DNA from: Octopus sinensis
Lineage: Eukaryota
Length of the DNA: 64,000 nt
Direction of reading: 5' to 3'
Assembly: GCF_006345805.1 (NCBI RefSeq)
Contig: NW_021833417.1
Span: 1 to 64,000 of the forward strand
Below, piece after piece: positions 11,790 through 23,562 of the stretch. A model generated the notes under the pieces. It was not told where the DNA came from and searched no databases. It saw nothing but the letters and a program-made list of their open reading frames with translations. Within the stretch, counting starts at the first letter, position 1. Each line of letters begins with the position of its first letter. Both the position numbers and the translations under genes were made by a program.

Positions 11790-14470
11790 TCCGATTCCAA
11801 GATGAAAAGTAACATTTAGATTTATTAAATTGTCACAATCATCAAGAAATATCGAGTATAATGCAAAATACGAGAAAAGGAACCAGACATTTGGCAATCC
11901 GCTTTTCAATAGCAATTTAAGAAATTATCACAATCTATTTCCATTAATTGACGTTTGATTTTTTCTAAAATCCCTTCGAGCAAGTATGTTACAAGCAATA
12001 AGAGAAACTACACTAGGTGCAAAAAAAAACCGTTTTTTCGAAATATCAAAAATTTACTATGCAACTATATTGTTTTTATTAAAGAATTGAATAATTTATC
12101 ATTTTTTAACACTAGTTTTATTTTTATATTTGAACTTGTAATCATTTTTACTTAACAAATTATAACTAACAAAAAATCAAACGCAATAAAAAACCGTTTT
12201 ATTTTTGATTATTTAAAGTTAGTATTCAATATGGTCCCCTTTTGCCTTAAAAAGCTTTTGTGCTCTATTCGGCATGCTTTCGATTAATTTTTTTTATAAA
12301 ACTAATCGGTATTTCGTTCCAAATATTTTCGATTTTTTCTTTCAAATCTGAAACATTCTTTGGATGAAAGGTGTTTAATTCCCTCTTCATATGAGCCCAT
12401 ATATGTTCGATCGGATTTAAATCCGGTGATTGAGGTGCCCATGGTAAAAGGTTTACTTTCTTTTCTTGAAAAAATCGCATAGTTATCTTGGAAGTATGAC
12501 ATGGTGCCATGTCTTGTTGGAAAATAAAGTCACTAAGCTCCATTTTTTTTGCAGATTCCCATAAATGGTTACATAGTGTGTTGATATAAAGTGCGGAATT
12601 CATATTCCCGTGTATAAAAGCAAGCGAGCCCATTCCATAATAGGAAAAACAGCCCCAGACCATAACTTTCCCCCCACCAAATTTTACAGTAGGCGAAAGG
12701 TTGCTTTTTTGAAGGCCTGTATTGTTTTTCCGATAACAATATTGCAGTTTTTTAATATTAAAAACTTCGAAACTGCATTCGTCACTGAAAATTGTCCTCA
12801 TCCATTCAGTGTTTGGCACAGTAATGAAATGCTTTGCCATGTCATAGCGTTTTTCACTATTTATTTTGTTCAATAATGGTTTTTTTCTACATACACGAGC
12901 ATATATTTGCTCCCTTCTTAAATAATTTGCAATGAATCTTTTACCGACTGTTTTTCCGGTTATTTTACGGAGATCATTTCTTAAGCAATCAGCTTTTTTT
13001 GGGTTTCCTCTTTAACCAGGTTGAGTAAAATAAGGATATCGTCCTTATTAAGAATTTTTGGTCTCCCCGAACCTTTCATTCTTTCAGTCGTACCATATTT
13101 AATGAATTTTCGGATGAAGTCAGCGATAGTTGATCGCGAGATATTAAGCTCGTCAGATATTTTTTTAGTGGTCCAATTTAACGCATTCAAGCTTAGAATC
13201 TTTCCTTTTGTTATTACATCAAGCATTCGTAATTTTATCGAGGGTTAAAATTCTAAAAAAAGTAAAAAATGTTACACTCACCAGAATAAACGGTTTTTTA
13301 TTGCGCTCGTGTAATTAAAATTTTTAATTTAGACATATAACACAATACAAAAAAAATATAACAAAATTGATTTAGGGTTAATTTAATGATCCCTTTCGAT
13401 ATCGACAAAGAAAAATCACGGTTATCTCTGCAAAATATGCCGTATTTAAAAAAACGGTTTTTTTTTGCACCTAGTGTATATTATCTAATTTTATTTGTGC
13501 TTTTGAAGGTTTTTTCGATAAACGATGACTATCCACAGCAAATTTTTGTCACAATTAACAATAATGGAACATCTAGAACAATTAATAACTTATTAGACAT
13601 TATATTTTTACTTTTCCATTTTCTTTATATGTGGATTCAAATCTGTGTAGCTTCAATGACGGATTCGTCCCACAATCTTTTAAGATTCGAATCTAAACTG
13701 TTATTATTTAATTATATTTCATTCCCTATTTCAAAATCATATTTTGGCCTGTGTAGTCCCAGCTTTTTATTCATTCTTTTAAAATACGCTGAATTCATGT
13801 CTGGAGGAGTGAAATTAAAAATTTTATTATTTGTTTCTAAAAATAAATACATCGTAAATTTACCATTAAGCCTTATTATTTTCATCTAAATTATAAATAA
13901 GATTATAACCTGGTATTTCATGAATCACAGTGTTAATTCCAGAAATACCCCTAAACTTTCTCATTGATCGCCGAGTGGTGTGTCGTATTATAGGAAAAAG
14001 TTACTTTGTCTAAAAATTGGAAACAATTTTTAGTTCCTTCTTTATCCATCAGTTTTGCCATACCCCGTGTCAATGTTTGGTTAAAGCGCTCAAATACACC
14101 CTAATTTATTTCAAATTTATAAACTTGTGACTAGGATGGTTTGTTAGTATTCCCCGATGGCATTCTTGGTGAATAGTGAATGCCAGTGTCTTCATCTCAA
14201 TTTCATTGTCCAAACAGATAATCAATTTGTGTTTTGGTTATTAACGTCCTTTAGATAGAGACTATGAATTAGGAATATCAAATATACCGATCATCAATTA
14301 TCATAAATTGATTCGATTTTTTAATAAGTTTGTATTTTTCGGATTTAGATTTAGTTTGTACGGGTATTTGGAGTAGTGCATTTACAATATTTTGGTATTC
14401 ACTGTCATTTTTCACGTAACCTAAGGATTGAGAATTGTTGAAAATAAGGACTATTGCTTTGATAGCATTA
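11790..14470 (-). mobile_element. rve-integrase (Ginger/GIN-like) transposon remnant, internally deleted, interrupted by Tc1
   Basis: IHQECHRGI (zinc-binding His) lies close to GVFERFNQTLTRGMAKLM...KVTFSYNTTHHSA and YFKRMNKKL...KYDFEIG. Termini not found, so boundaries are approximate. Copy at about 43290-45960. Confidence 0.55.
12011..13476 (-). mobile_element. Tc1-type DNA transposon family B (IR-DR)
   Basis: TA TSD at 12009-10 and 13477-78; TIR cactaggtgcaaaaaaaaaccgtttttt. Transposase GSGRPK, IFSDEC, FQQDMAPCH, SPDLNPIEHIW with frameshifts. Confidence 0.95.
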
Positions 14471-14479
14471 TGGCCTAAT

Positions 14480-15345
14480 CTTTTGAGATGATTTAAATGT
14501 TGTCACGCCCAGTTGCAGAGGAGTTTACATTGCGAGACTTCCTCCCTGGTGAAAGTCGTTATATAATCTTTGACGGGAAGTCTTCTAAGAGATTTGGCTA
14601 ATTTCCGGTCGTTTTGTTAGATGTTTTGTGACTTAATGAAGTGTAATATTTCATTAATGTGTTAGCCGGATTGAGTGGCGTATCTGAACGGAGACGAGAA
14701 ACAGCAGACCCATGCAATTTTGGCTTTTCGAACATCAGTTCATTCATCCCTTTAAGGGTTGACCAAATTTTGGAGGAATTGGATCTGTAATCAATAGAAG
14801 CAATAAATTGACTCCACTTCGGGTCAATATGCCGATTTATGGCAGCAGTGATTTGTTTGTTTAGATTCCTCAGTTCTATAAAAGACACAGCGGATTTTCC
14901 ATTTTCCCGTTTCAGTTTGTTACGTGTCTTTATAATGGTGTTTACTTCGTGTCTGTAACTTTGGGAGAAATTATTTATAATTCCTTGAGGAATGAATTTT
15001 TTGGAGGCGGAAATGATAAGTGAATAATTGACTGCTACGTCAGTCGAACGAAAGTTGATAATGTCGAAATCATTCAATGATTTTTCTAGAGCGAGACGGT
15101 AGTCGTCCCAGGAAGGTCGTAAATGACCTTCCAAGAAGTAGCAGGGGCCAGAATTATAGTACACAGCGAAATGTCATGAGAAGAAATTGCGTCGCCTTTT
15201 CTTGACGGTATTCTGGTGTGAGATGAGTAGAGATTCTCTTGAGTTGAGAGATTGATTTTTTAGCTCTTTGCGTTCATATCACCACAAATAATGACATTGC
15301 TGAGAGACTGGAGGTTTTGAATAGAAGAGGTCCATCCATGAGAAC
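14480..15345 (-). mobile_element. APE-type LINE (I/Jockey-like) remnant
   Basis: VIICGDMNAK endonuclease motif, then IISASKKFIPQG...RNKLKREN...W..FIASIDYRSNSSKIW linker. Copy at about 45980-46920 retains about 90 bp missing here. Confidence 0.7.
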
Positions 15346-15430
15346 ATGATTTTCTATTTTAGAGTAAATAAATTGAATATAACTAAATTAATCAAATAAT
15401 AATTGTTTCAAATAAATTAATTATAAGTCA

Positions 15431-16187
15431 ATGCTTAGATCTGTGTTAACGCGGACTCGTTTTAATTTGTTTTTTGCAATTTATGAATTCTGGTTTACGA
15501 TTCTCGTCTTTGTATCCGAGAAACAGTTTTGCGGGGTCCCCAAGATATATTACCTGACCAACTGGAATCTGGTATACATAGCAAATATAGTCCAGCTACT
15601 TCAATGTCTGACGTGCATCCTCTGCTGCCTGAGCTACAAATACCCTCGAATCAGAGATTTCTACAGCGCCCTCTACTTTGCTCTGGCCTTCCCCGTGGGA
15701 ATGGTTGGTGTTGGATTTTAATGTCCGTAGGGGGTTTGTCTCGCTTATTGGGCACTGTTCTACTACGACAGATATCTCCTCAGTTCCCGACAGTGCCAGC
15801 TCCCGCTATGGAAAGATCTCACAATGGTAGCCGTAATTCAATATTCAGCATTTTATTTACATTTTTCCACTTCTAGGAAATTTGAATGCTGATTTGAGGT
15901 GTTGGACTCGGAAGACGAGATTTTGTTTTATTTGCCTTTTTTGGCGAGTTATTCTGCAATGTATGTTTTGGGTCTTAGTGTGTAGGCTTTTTTACTTAAA
16001 GACCGTGAGAGGTTTATTTGTGTATCCTTTGGCCGGAATGATGGGCAATGGAATGTTCTGGTTTATCACTGTTTGTGTCATTTTGTCATTTGTTTCTTTT
16101 CTGAGTGCGGAGTCCTACTCAATCGACAAATATGCAAAATTAAAGAACAATAATCTTATTTTTTCAATAAAATATGTAATTGTCTGA
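15431..16187 (+). CDS. FAR-17a/AIG1/ADTRP-family membrane protein (copy 1)
   Basis: YYLTNWN, LAFPVGM and YWALFYYDR motifs; hydrophobic segments; short introns; ends TGA at 16185-87. Confidence 0.75.
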
Positions 16188-16200
16188 CAAGAATAGTTGT

Positions 16201-17060
16201 TCAATACACGTGATCTCGCTGTTCGTGGTTCCTCAAGGCACCTGCTCGAGCAAAGAACAAATGACATGTCCCACACTCGTATTGTTTCCTTGGAAAAGTA
16301 CTGACATGTCTCCTCCAGTTAGACGCCCTCGCAAACCCCTTCCACAAAACTGACAGTTATAAGGAAACACCCCTTTCTGTCCTTTTCTGTTGGTCAGTCG
16401 GTAGAAACAGGAGGGGTACACCACGGACTGTCCTCCGTTTTCAAATTGGTCACTTTCCTGCAAATTGATTCCTTCTGTCGGGAAGTGGAGCCAGTTTTCC
16501 GAATTGGTTTTTTGGTGAGTTTTTTCATGTCGTGCTAAATTTTGGCGAACGTTGAAATTTCTCCCACAAAAACGGCAAGTCAGACTAGGCCGGATCCTCC
16601 GAAGCCCGATTCCGTGAATTGACGTTTTGTGGCGACTGAGACTCGACTTGCGTGTGAAAGTCGAATCACAAAACGGGCACTTTAAAGACTCGTCCCTCCC
16701 AGAATGGACAGTTCGGTGTTCCACCAGAGCCGATTTGGTCACAAACTTGGCAGGACAGACATCGCAGGAAAAAGGTCTTTCGCCTGTGTGGATCCTCACG
16801 TGGACAGCCAGGGAAGACGGACGACTGATGAAACTACGCCCACAATATCCGCAGGGGTGACGTGTAAGTTGACTGTTCAGACAATAAATCTGGTCGGTCA
16901 TTGGCGGAGGATTCTGTTCTCTGATTGGTGGCTGTTTTTTACGTTTTTTTAAGGCAAATCCGAAATGTTGTTTCATGTGTTTGCGGAGACTGTTGGTGTA
17001 TTTGAAGGGTCTTCCGCATATCATGCAAGAAAAGGTCTTTTGGGAGGAATGGGAGAGCAT
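16201..17060 (-). pseudogene. C2H2 zinc-finger gene, copy 1, 1-bp frameshift near 16340
   Basis: Same as the open 285-aa copy at 47777 but lacks one T at about 16340 and has a 3-bp insertion in finger 2. Could be a consensus error. Confidence 0.6.
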
Positions 17061-17795
17061 GTGGGTGTTTAGAGTGAATTTACGTGAGAATGACCTGTTG
17101 TTTCACCAGGGTGGCTTACCGTCCGCAGATCTGGCAGTTGAAAGGCCTTTCGTTTGTGTGAATTCGTTTATGACGAATTAAATCGATTTTGTTTTTGAAG
17201 AATTTGCCGCAAAACGAACAGTTTCTGTCACGAACAAAATAAGTGTAGATTGGGGCCGGCTTAATTATTTGGCATATTCCTTACTTGGTCTCCACATTCC
17301 ATTATTTTTTAAAAACTCGGCAACGTCAATAAGTTGTGGCAAGTTAAATATTTATTTTTTAATTATTATTTAAATTCTATGTTAATTAAAGAATCTCTAT
17401 CCAAATTAAACAATAGTGTTTGTTTTTCTCAGCCTCACATTCAATCGAATAGTCGTTGTCTAAAAATAGAGGGCTATATTAATTCGTCAAATTTGACAAC
17501 TAATGAATCCACGGTTTCCAATATCAAAAATCCTTACTTTAACTAACTGCTCTTTAATTTTAAAACAGAAGTGATGTGAAAGGACCAAATAAATGACAAA
17601 TTTTACATTGAAAAAAACCTGAAAATGAAAATACGACTTTCAAACAGCATTTGAATTAATCGGTCGTATATTTAAAAATTATATTTGAAAAAAGATACCT
17701 ACGTGGTTTTAATTCAAAAAAATAATAAATGTATATAAGGAAGCATTCTTAATTAACAAATATTTAGAATAGTTATACTGTTAGTAAAATTATAG

Positions 17796-17938
17796 TCAAC
17801 AAATCCTCGAATTAAGGCTACGAGGAATATAGGAACACAGCACAACAATTAAAATAACCATAATTGCAATTGAGTAGAATCCAATTAATGGTGCAAACAC
17901 TTTCCCGACACTTGTATCCACTGAAATCGCAGCAGTAT
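17796..17938 (-). pseudogene. Orphan 3' exon fragment of the MFS transporter
   Basis: Identical to 49370..49512 (TAAISVDTSVGKVFAPLIGFY...RIC*); upstream sequence is replaced by hAT DNA. Confidence 0.9.
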
Positions 17939-19051
17939 TATGCGAATAACTGGATTCAACACACATGAAATATTAAGAGCCTTCGCACATAGTGCGTGCT
18001 GATGAAGGATGCAATGAATGAACAAAGTGTTTGAAATATGTAATTCCTCCAATTTATTAGTATTTGCCCAACTAGACCCTTTTTAGAACCAGCCATATTC
18101 TTTGCCCCGTCAATCGTAACACAACTCAGTTTCTCCCATTCAAGGTTATAGTCACTTATAGTTTGTTCCAATTCATCAAAAATATCTTTTCCAGTGGTTG
18201 TTCCATGAATAGAACAAACAGATGCCAGTTCTTCAGTTATGGAAATATTCTCATCAACTCCACGAATAAAAATAAGAAGTTACGATGTTCCCGAAATGTC
18301 AACTGACTCATCCAATGCAAGAGAATACCACAACATATTACTTGTCTTTTCACAAATTTGTAAATATATATTTTTTCCAAGCTCTTCAGTTCTCCGTGAT
18401 ACAGAACTCGCCGACAAACTTATTCCATCAAATAAGGAAGAATTTAGTGGGCACAAACAATTAACTGCTTCAATAATGCAATTTTTGATATACATCCCAT
18501 CACTAAAGGGTTTCCCGTGTGTGAAATAATTTTCGTTATCTCGTATCCAGCTCTTGTTACATTTCATTATTTTCAAATTTTTTTTTTATAAGGCCTTGTT
18601 GAATTTGTAAAGTGCGTTTCATTGATTCAACTTTATCCTCACGTAGCTTTCCAGTGTACTTGGAATATATCGGAGCATGATTCGTTTCATAATGACGTCG
18701 AATGTTATACTCCTTCATAACAGAGAGATGTTCGTGGCATATTAAACAATAAGCTTTCTGCTTTAATTCATCTTTCGCAAAAAAACTTCAATTCCATAAT
18801 TTATTGAATACACGGCATTCGCGGTCAACCTTCTCTTTTCATATTAGACATAGCAACAAAGAAAAATTTAACGTTAATGCTGATAAGTTTTTTTTCGAAT
18901 TAAATCTTGCAAAATAGTTTAATTTTTAATTAAAGTTTTTATTTAAGTTAATTATTAAGGTATTAATTGAATATCTCGAAATAGTGCGCGGCCGGATAAA
19001 ATGTTGTCGCGGGCCGGATCCGCCCGCGGGCCGTAGGTTTGGTGACGTCTG
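17939..19051 (-). mobile_element. hAT Buster/Charlie element (GTF2IRD2/SPIN-like), 3'-truncated
   Basis: 5' end CAGACGTCACCAAACCTACGGCCCGCGGG flanked by ctctagca (nnnTAnnn). BED finger CLICHEHL..KEYNIRRHY, HGKPFSDG, SLALDESVDIS and HCxxHQHALC motifs; cut off at ...NPVIRI at the duplication junction. Confidence 0.9.
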
Positions 19052-19215
19052 CTCTAGCAAAACTACATGTGATGACATTGGAGAGACTCACCAATAGTTA
19101 TCCCAAAAATCATCATCTTTAATATTCAAAGATTTGATTGGTTTTCGATTAATTTTCAAATTTTTCTTGTATTTTATTAAATTATTAAATATTATAATAC
19201 GACTTTGTTGGTGTG

Positions 19216-19643
19216 ATGAGCAATGTATAGTGGTTTTAGCTATTAATAAAAATACATAATTATGAACTATTTAGAGGAAACTGAACGAAAAACCAATAAA
19301 ACTAAATGACTTGAAAAAACAAGTAAAAAATTTTGTATTCAGAGAAGTAATGCACGGAAATAAGCACACTGACGAAGCAATCCGACAGTTAATCCGCTTG
19401 GGGGCTGCAGTATCAATTTTAATGTACATAAATTAGCCCCCCAAGAATAAGTGCTACAACTATAAGGAATTCCAGCAAATGAGGAAGAACGAAATTGACT
19501 ATCAAAAATCAAATGGAATCTTCAAAAAGCCGAAGAAAAAGAGGACTGTGCATCATCCGCCCGGTGGACAAATTGGCCATTATAAGTCTGGCACACTTTC
19601 TCTCTCCAAAAGCGACATAAAACGTGTAAAACACACAAATTGA
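19216..19643 (+). CDS. C1orf131: C1orf131/DUF4602-like ribosome-biogenesis protein (start uncertain)
   Basis: LIRLGAA|PPKNKCYNYKEFQQ and GQIGHYKSGTLSLSKSDIKRV match the family LGAKPPK..Y.NYK and GQVGKFKNGTLILS..DIKKI motifs. Confidence 0.75.
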
Positions 19644-19902
19644 TTTGTTCATAAATGATATTAATTTTCTCTCTTTTAAATAAAATGGTAGAAACTTATT
19701 AATTTAATCTCAAATGAATTGTCGCATTTAAATGGTATAAGATTGTTCTGTTTGTCATTAAATTGGGAATCAGATTAATCAGGAAATGCTGAGGTTTCTA
19801 AAATGTTTAATCGAAAAAAGTTATTTATTCACACACGAAAGAATCGGTCATTAGCGTAGGATTTCAGAAATATAATTAACTAAGTTTATTCTCGTATTTC
19901 TA

Positions 19903-22624
19903 ATGGGAATTATAAATCGAATTACACAGTTCTCGTACGAAATGGATTGTGTATGTCGATTTGTTTTATACGATCAATTTAACGACTGTATTTTTAGGGT
20001 GATCAGGCTTCCGTTCTCAGAAATACAACAAATATGTTATCAGAAATTCACATCCCCAGCGTATGTAAACAAATCAAATATTTTCCACATTTAGACCTTA
20101 CAAGGAATCAAAAAAAACAGAAAAACAAACAAAGAAATATTCTCTAAATCCAATTATACATCCCACCAAGTCCAAAGACAACTATACTTTACAAAATGTA
20201 TGTTTGTGTTAATTTAAACAGAAAATATTCACAAGTAAACAAGACCAATCCAACAATTCTAATGAGTACGAGGAAATACTAAATAATGGATATGTGAGCG
20301 TTCCTGGCACATCTTTTCAAATGGTGAGTTCATCAGATCAATGTTACAAAAATAAAGTTTTTAGACTTAAATAATTATTCAAGATTTTTGAAAATATTTT
20401 GTCAAAATGTAAAGTTTCAGCTATTTTTGAGAACGTTTTAAGAATTTTTCCAAGGCCCTCAAGTTTACAACTTTTTAAACCCCGGAATCAAGCTAAACTA
20501 AATGTACTTGATTATTAGTCCATTTTTAGATTTTAAATCCTCAATATAAATTGATTCAATTTGAATTATACCTGGTGAACCTGTTATAATAAACTATTTT
20601 TGATAGGAGGGAAAATATGCTTCAATTGGTTTCGATGTTGTTCGTGATCCATCTGGGTACTTTATTATAAGGCAAATCGACAACCAGTGCTGTCACGAAA
20701 TTGCAACCAAACTAAAGTAATCAACATAATTGACAGTTGAGTGTGGGAGATGTTTTAATAGGAGTAAACGGATACAACCTATTCAAAACATCAGAAAAGG
20801 CCACATTCAAAGTCCTTGAAAAACTCAGAGGAAAAATCCTGTTGGAATTGAGGAGATTTGAGGAGACGAAATTAACAGCGTTTGTCAACAAGTCAGAAGA
20901 GACTGGTAGTAAGCCACATGCCACAATTTCAGACACATTTGGAATTCATATAGTAAAGGGAATGGGGGATTACAACCCATTTGACTCCAATTGGTATATT
21001 CTATATTGCAATCCTCACAACATCTCATCATCCACCATCCCAGCACACTACGACCAACTCATTGAAGTATTACCACAATCCAACCCAGGTCAACTATCAC
21101 TCCACCAGGACTATGTCTGAGGGGGATGCCAAGAGATTCCTCTCTACAAATGAATCCCTCATACTCACAATTCTTCGAAATAATATCCGCACCTCAATCC
21201 TCCACTCAGTTGACGGTAATTCCTCATTTCTCACTCAGACATGGCCGATTCAGTCAAATGCAGAGACATTGTGGTGGCCAGGAATGTATTGGACAGGTCA
21301 TTCTCTCTTCTATTGCTTAGACCCTCCCCCAAGTCAGTCCTCCACCAATCAACCACTAAACAAACAGTCCAAGCCAACAATCCGCCTGTTCAGAATAGTA
21401 TTCACACTCTGGGAATAAACTTTGAACAGTTTTGAGTGTATTGTTGATATTTAGACTCAATAAACCCAGAATTGTTATTATTGACAGAAAAAATAATTTT
21501 CCAGGCTTTTATATAGAATGTTCTAGAAGACTGGAGTCCTTATTTGTCTCAGAAATAGAAGAGGACTACACACTAAAGGGAAGTCTCCTCGTTGAAGATA
21601 AACTCCTATCAGTAGGACTGACCCATTCATAGTAGATTAACGACACCAAAGTGAAACACATGGACGAATCAGCCTGTCTTCAGTTATTGGCTAACACCAA
21701 GAACCCAATTTCTCTCCTTGTTTCCTACAGTTTTAAAGGTTTTGGTCAAATTTTGAAAAGTTTAGACTTTATAGTGGACTGCGAAGGGGGGAGAAACAGA
21801 CCCTTTTCTATAAAGTTATTATGTGGCCTAATTCCAGAGCATTATTCGACTTTGACTATCCAGATAGTGATGTAGGTGGCTTCACTCCTCAACAAATCCA
21901 TTTCGGGGACGTCTTTACTGTTCTGCGTGCAATAAACCAAGACTGGTGGTTAACTACGGACAACTCGGTTATTCCCACAATCCTCCTTCCCACCAAGGAG
22001 ACTGGATGTATTGAGTATGACCAGAAGTACACAGAGGGAGTACAGCCACAGAATGGTTTACCAGTGTAAACATTCTAGAATGTTCGACAGTAGTTTATTC
22101 GCTGGTTGTGAAGAGGACTGGTTTGTGTTATTCATTAATATAAATAGTTCATTACAGAAGGCCAGTCATCCTTGCTGGGTACTCCTGTGATACAGTTGCC
22201 GGTTCTCTTCTGTCAGACTTTCCCTCCCAGTTCTACATCTGTCCCCGTGGTAAGTCACGACTAGTACATGCCAGATGATTGGAGAATAGACAACTCACTC
22301 AACAATCCACTGTTCATCAACCCCACAAAGTCATTCCTGGACGAGCTGGTAATAGAAAAAATATACCCACTGGTCATTCTAATCAAACCCCCCAGGAAGT
22401 ACATCACACACTAACATCACAGATCCTGCCATGAGGAATGGAAACGAGTGTCGACTGTGCAGAATGAACTCGGTCATTACGTAACCGGTGACTCCACAAT
22501 TATATTTGTAGTCTCTGTTGAGTTTGGAAATAATTCGGCTAATCACGTCGTGTCTTTGGTAATGAAGGACATGTCCACGGAAATCTACGTCCCCGTCGAC
22601 CAACTAGTCTTTCAGACCACATAG
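19903..22624 (+). CDS. DLG-type MAGUK (3 PDZ, SH3, guanylate-kinase-like)
   Basis: PDZ segments SIGFDVV...LSVGDVLIGVNG and GIHIVKG...DQLIE|VN; SH3 RALFDFDY...FGDVF..L..INQDWW; GuK RRPVILAG; C-terminus EIYVPVDQL. Splices open from about 20600 to TAG 22622-24. 5' exons less certain. Confidence 0.8.
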
Positions 22625-22637
22625 GTGTATAACAAAT

Positions 22638-23461
22638 TCATATAAATGAGTTAAATGGTGCTGTAGCCTTGTTGGGAGACACCAATAGTTCAATCTCCTC
22701 AGTGCACCCAGGACATTGGAAGTACCCCACCACATTGTTGTTCTCGTAGTTGGACTCGGAGACATCGTGCCCAGAGTGACAGGCCGCAGTGTACTGTCAC
22801 TCCCGAACAAATGAACTCTCCTTCGCCCCAAGTGCTCGATAATAGATTTCCTCGGGCTTCTTCCAAAGGGGGCCTCCTCGTCCAGAATGACGTCAATGTC
22901 GATATTCGAATGAATGAATTGTTGTCACAATTCCTCATACTGTCCCCCAACGTACTCCTGACTCCTCCAATGGGGGTCGATCAGAATCACGTCGAATTTG
23001 ATTATCAGACTGCGTAAAGTCCCTCAACTGACACTCCACTTTACTCACGTGGTCACAACTACCTCGCAGGAATGGCCGACTCCGCCACTACCTTGTCCTT
23101 CAGTCTTATCAACTCCCTCAATATTCCAGGAATCGATCTTCCAATCCAGGATGCAATTGCAGTTGTGTCGATTGAGTGTTGGCAGTAGTCGTTCTGCGGG
23201 TTCCCGCTTTGTGTCCCCTGCCAGTCAATATCAGTACTATGCCTTATGAACAACGACGAGTCTATTTTATATAAATTCTGAGGGCATAATGGTATAACAA
23301 GACCTTCGAATCAGGCACTGGGACACCCTTCTGGATGTTGGAGGAGAAGAGTCCTAATCTTTGTTTGAACTGGCTTGATTAATTTAGGAGTGTACATTTC
23401 GGAGTCTTTTTTTGACGTATTTCTCTTCTTTTCTGGTTTTTACGACACTGTTTATTCCCAT
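22638..23461 (-). pseudogene. METTL14: m6A methyltransferase subunit METTL14, deletion-riddled
   Basis: GTQSGNPQNDYCQH, GLEDRFLEY, LRELIRLKD, KFDVILIDP, FIHSNIDIDVI, KPEEIY, LGRRRVHLFGSDSTLRP and GCTEEIE all match METTL14 but fall in different frames; about 90 central residues are absent. Confidence 0.88.
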
Positions 23462-23562
23462 CACTAAACCGGTCACGAAAAATAATTTTTAATTAATTAA
23501 ATTTGTTAATATAATTAATTTTTTTAGAAATTTCCAGAATCAAAATTATAAAAATAATTTAA

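Larger units (their letters stand above)
1..17938 (+). repeat. Segmental duplication, copy 1 (left end beyond window)
   Basis: Sequence and ORF track recur at offset +31488 (start), +31500 (ABCC) and +31574 (end). Identity stops after ...aaatcgcagcagtat at 17938 versus 49512. Confidence 0.97.

Noticed and set aside
13386-13889. 167-aa hydrophobic ORF resembling a membrane protein
   Set aside because: It straddles a Tc1 TIR and is antisense to the integrase remnant, so it is an AT-rich shadow frame.
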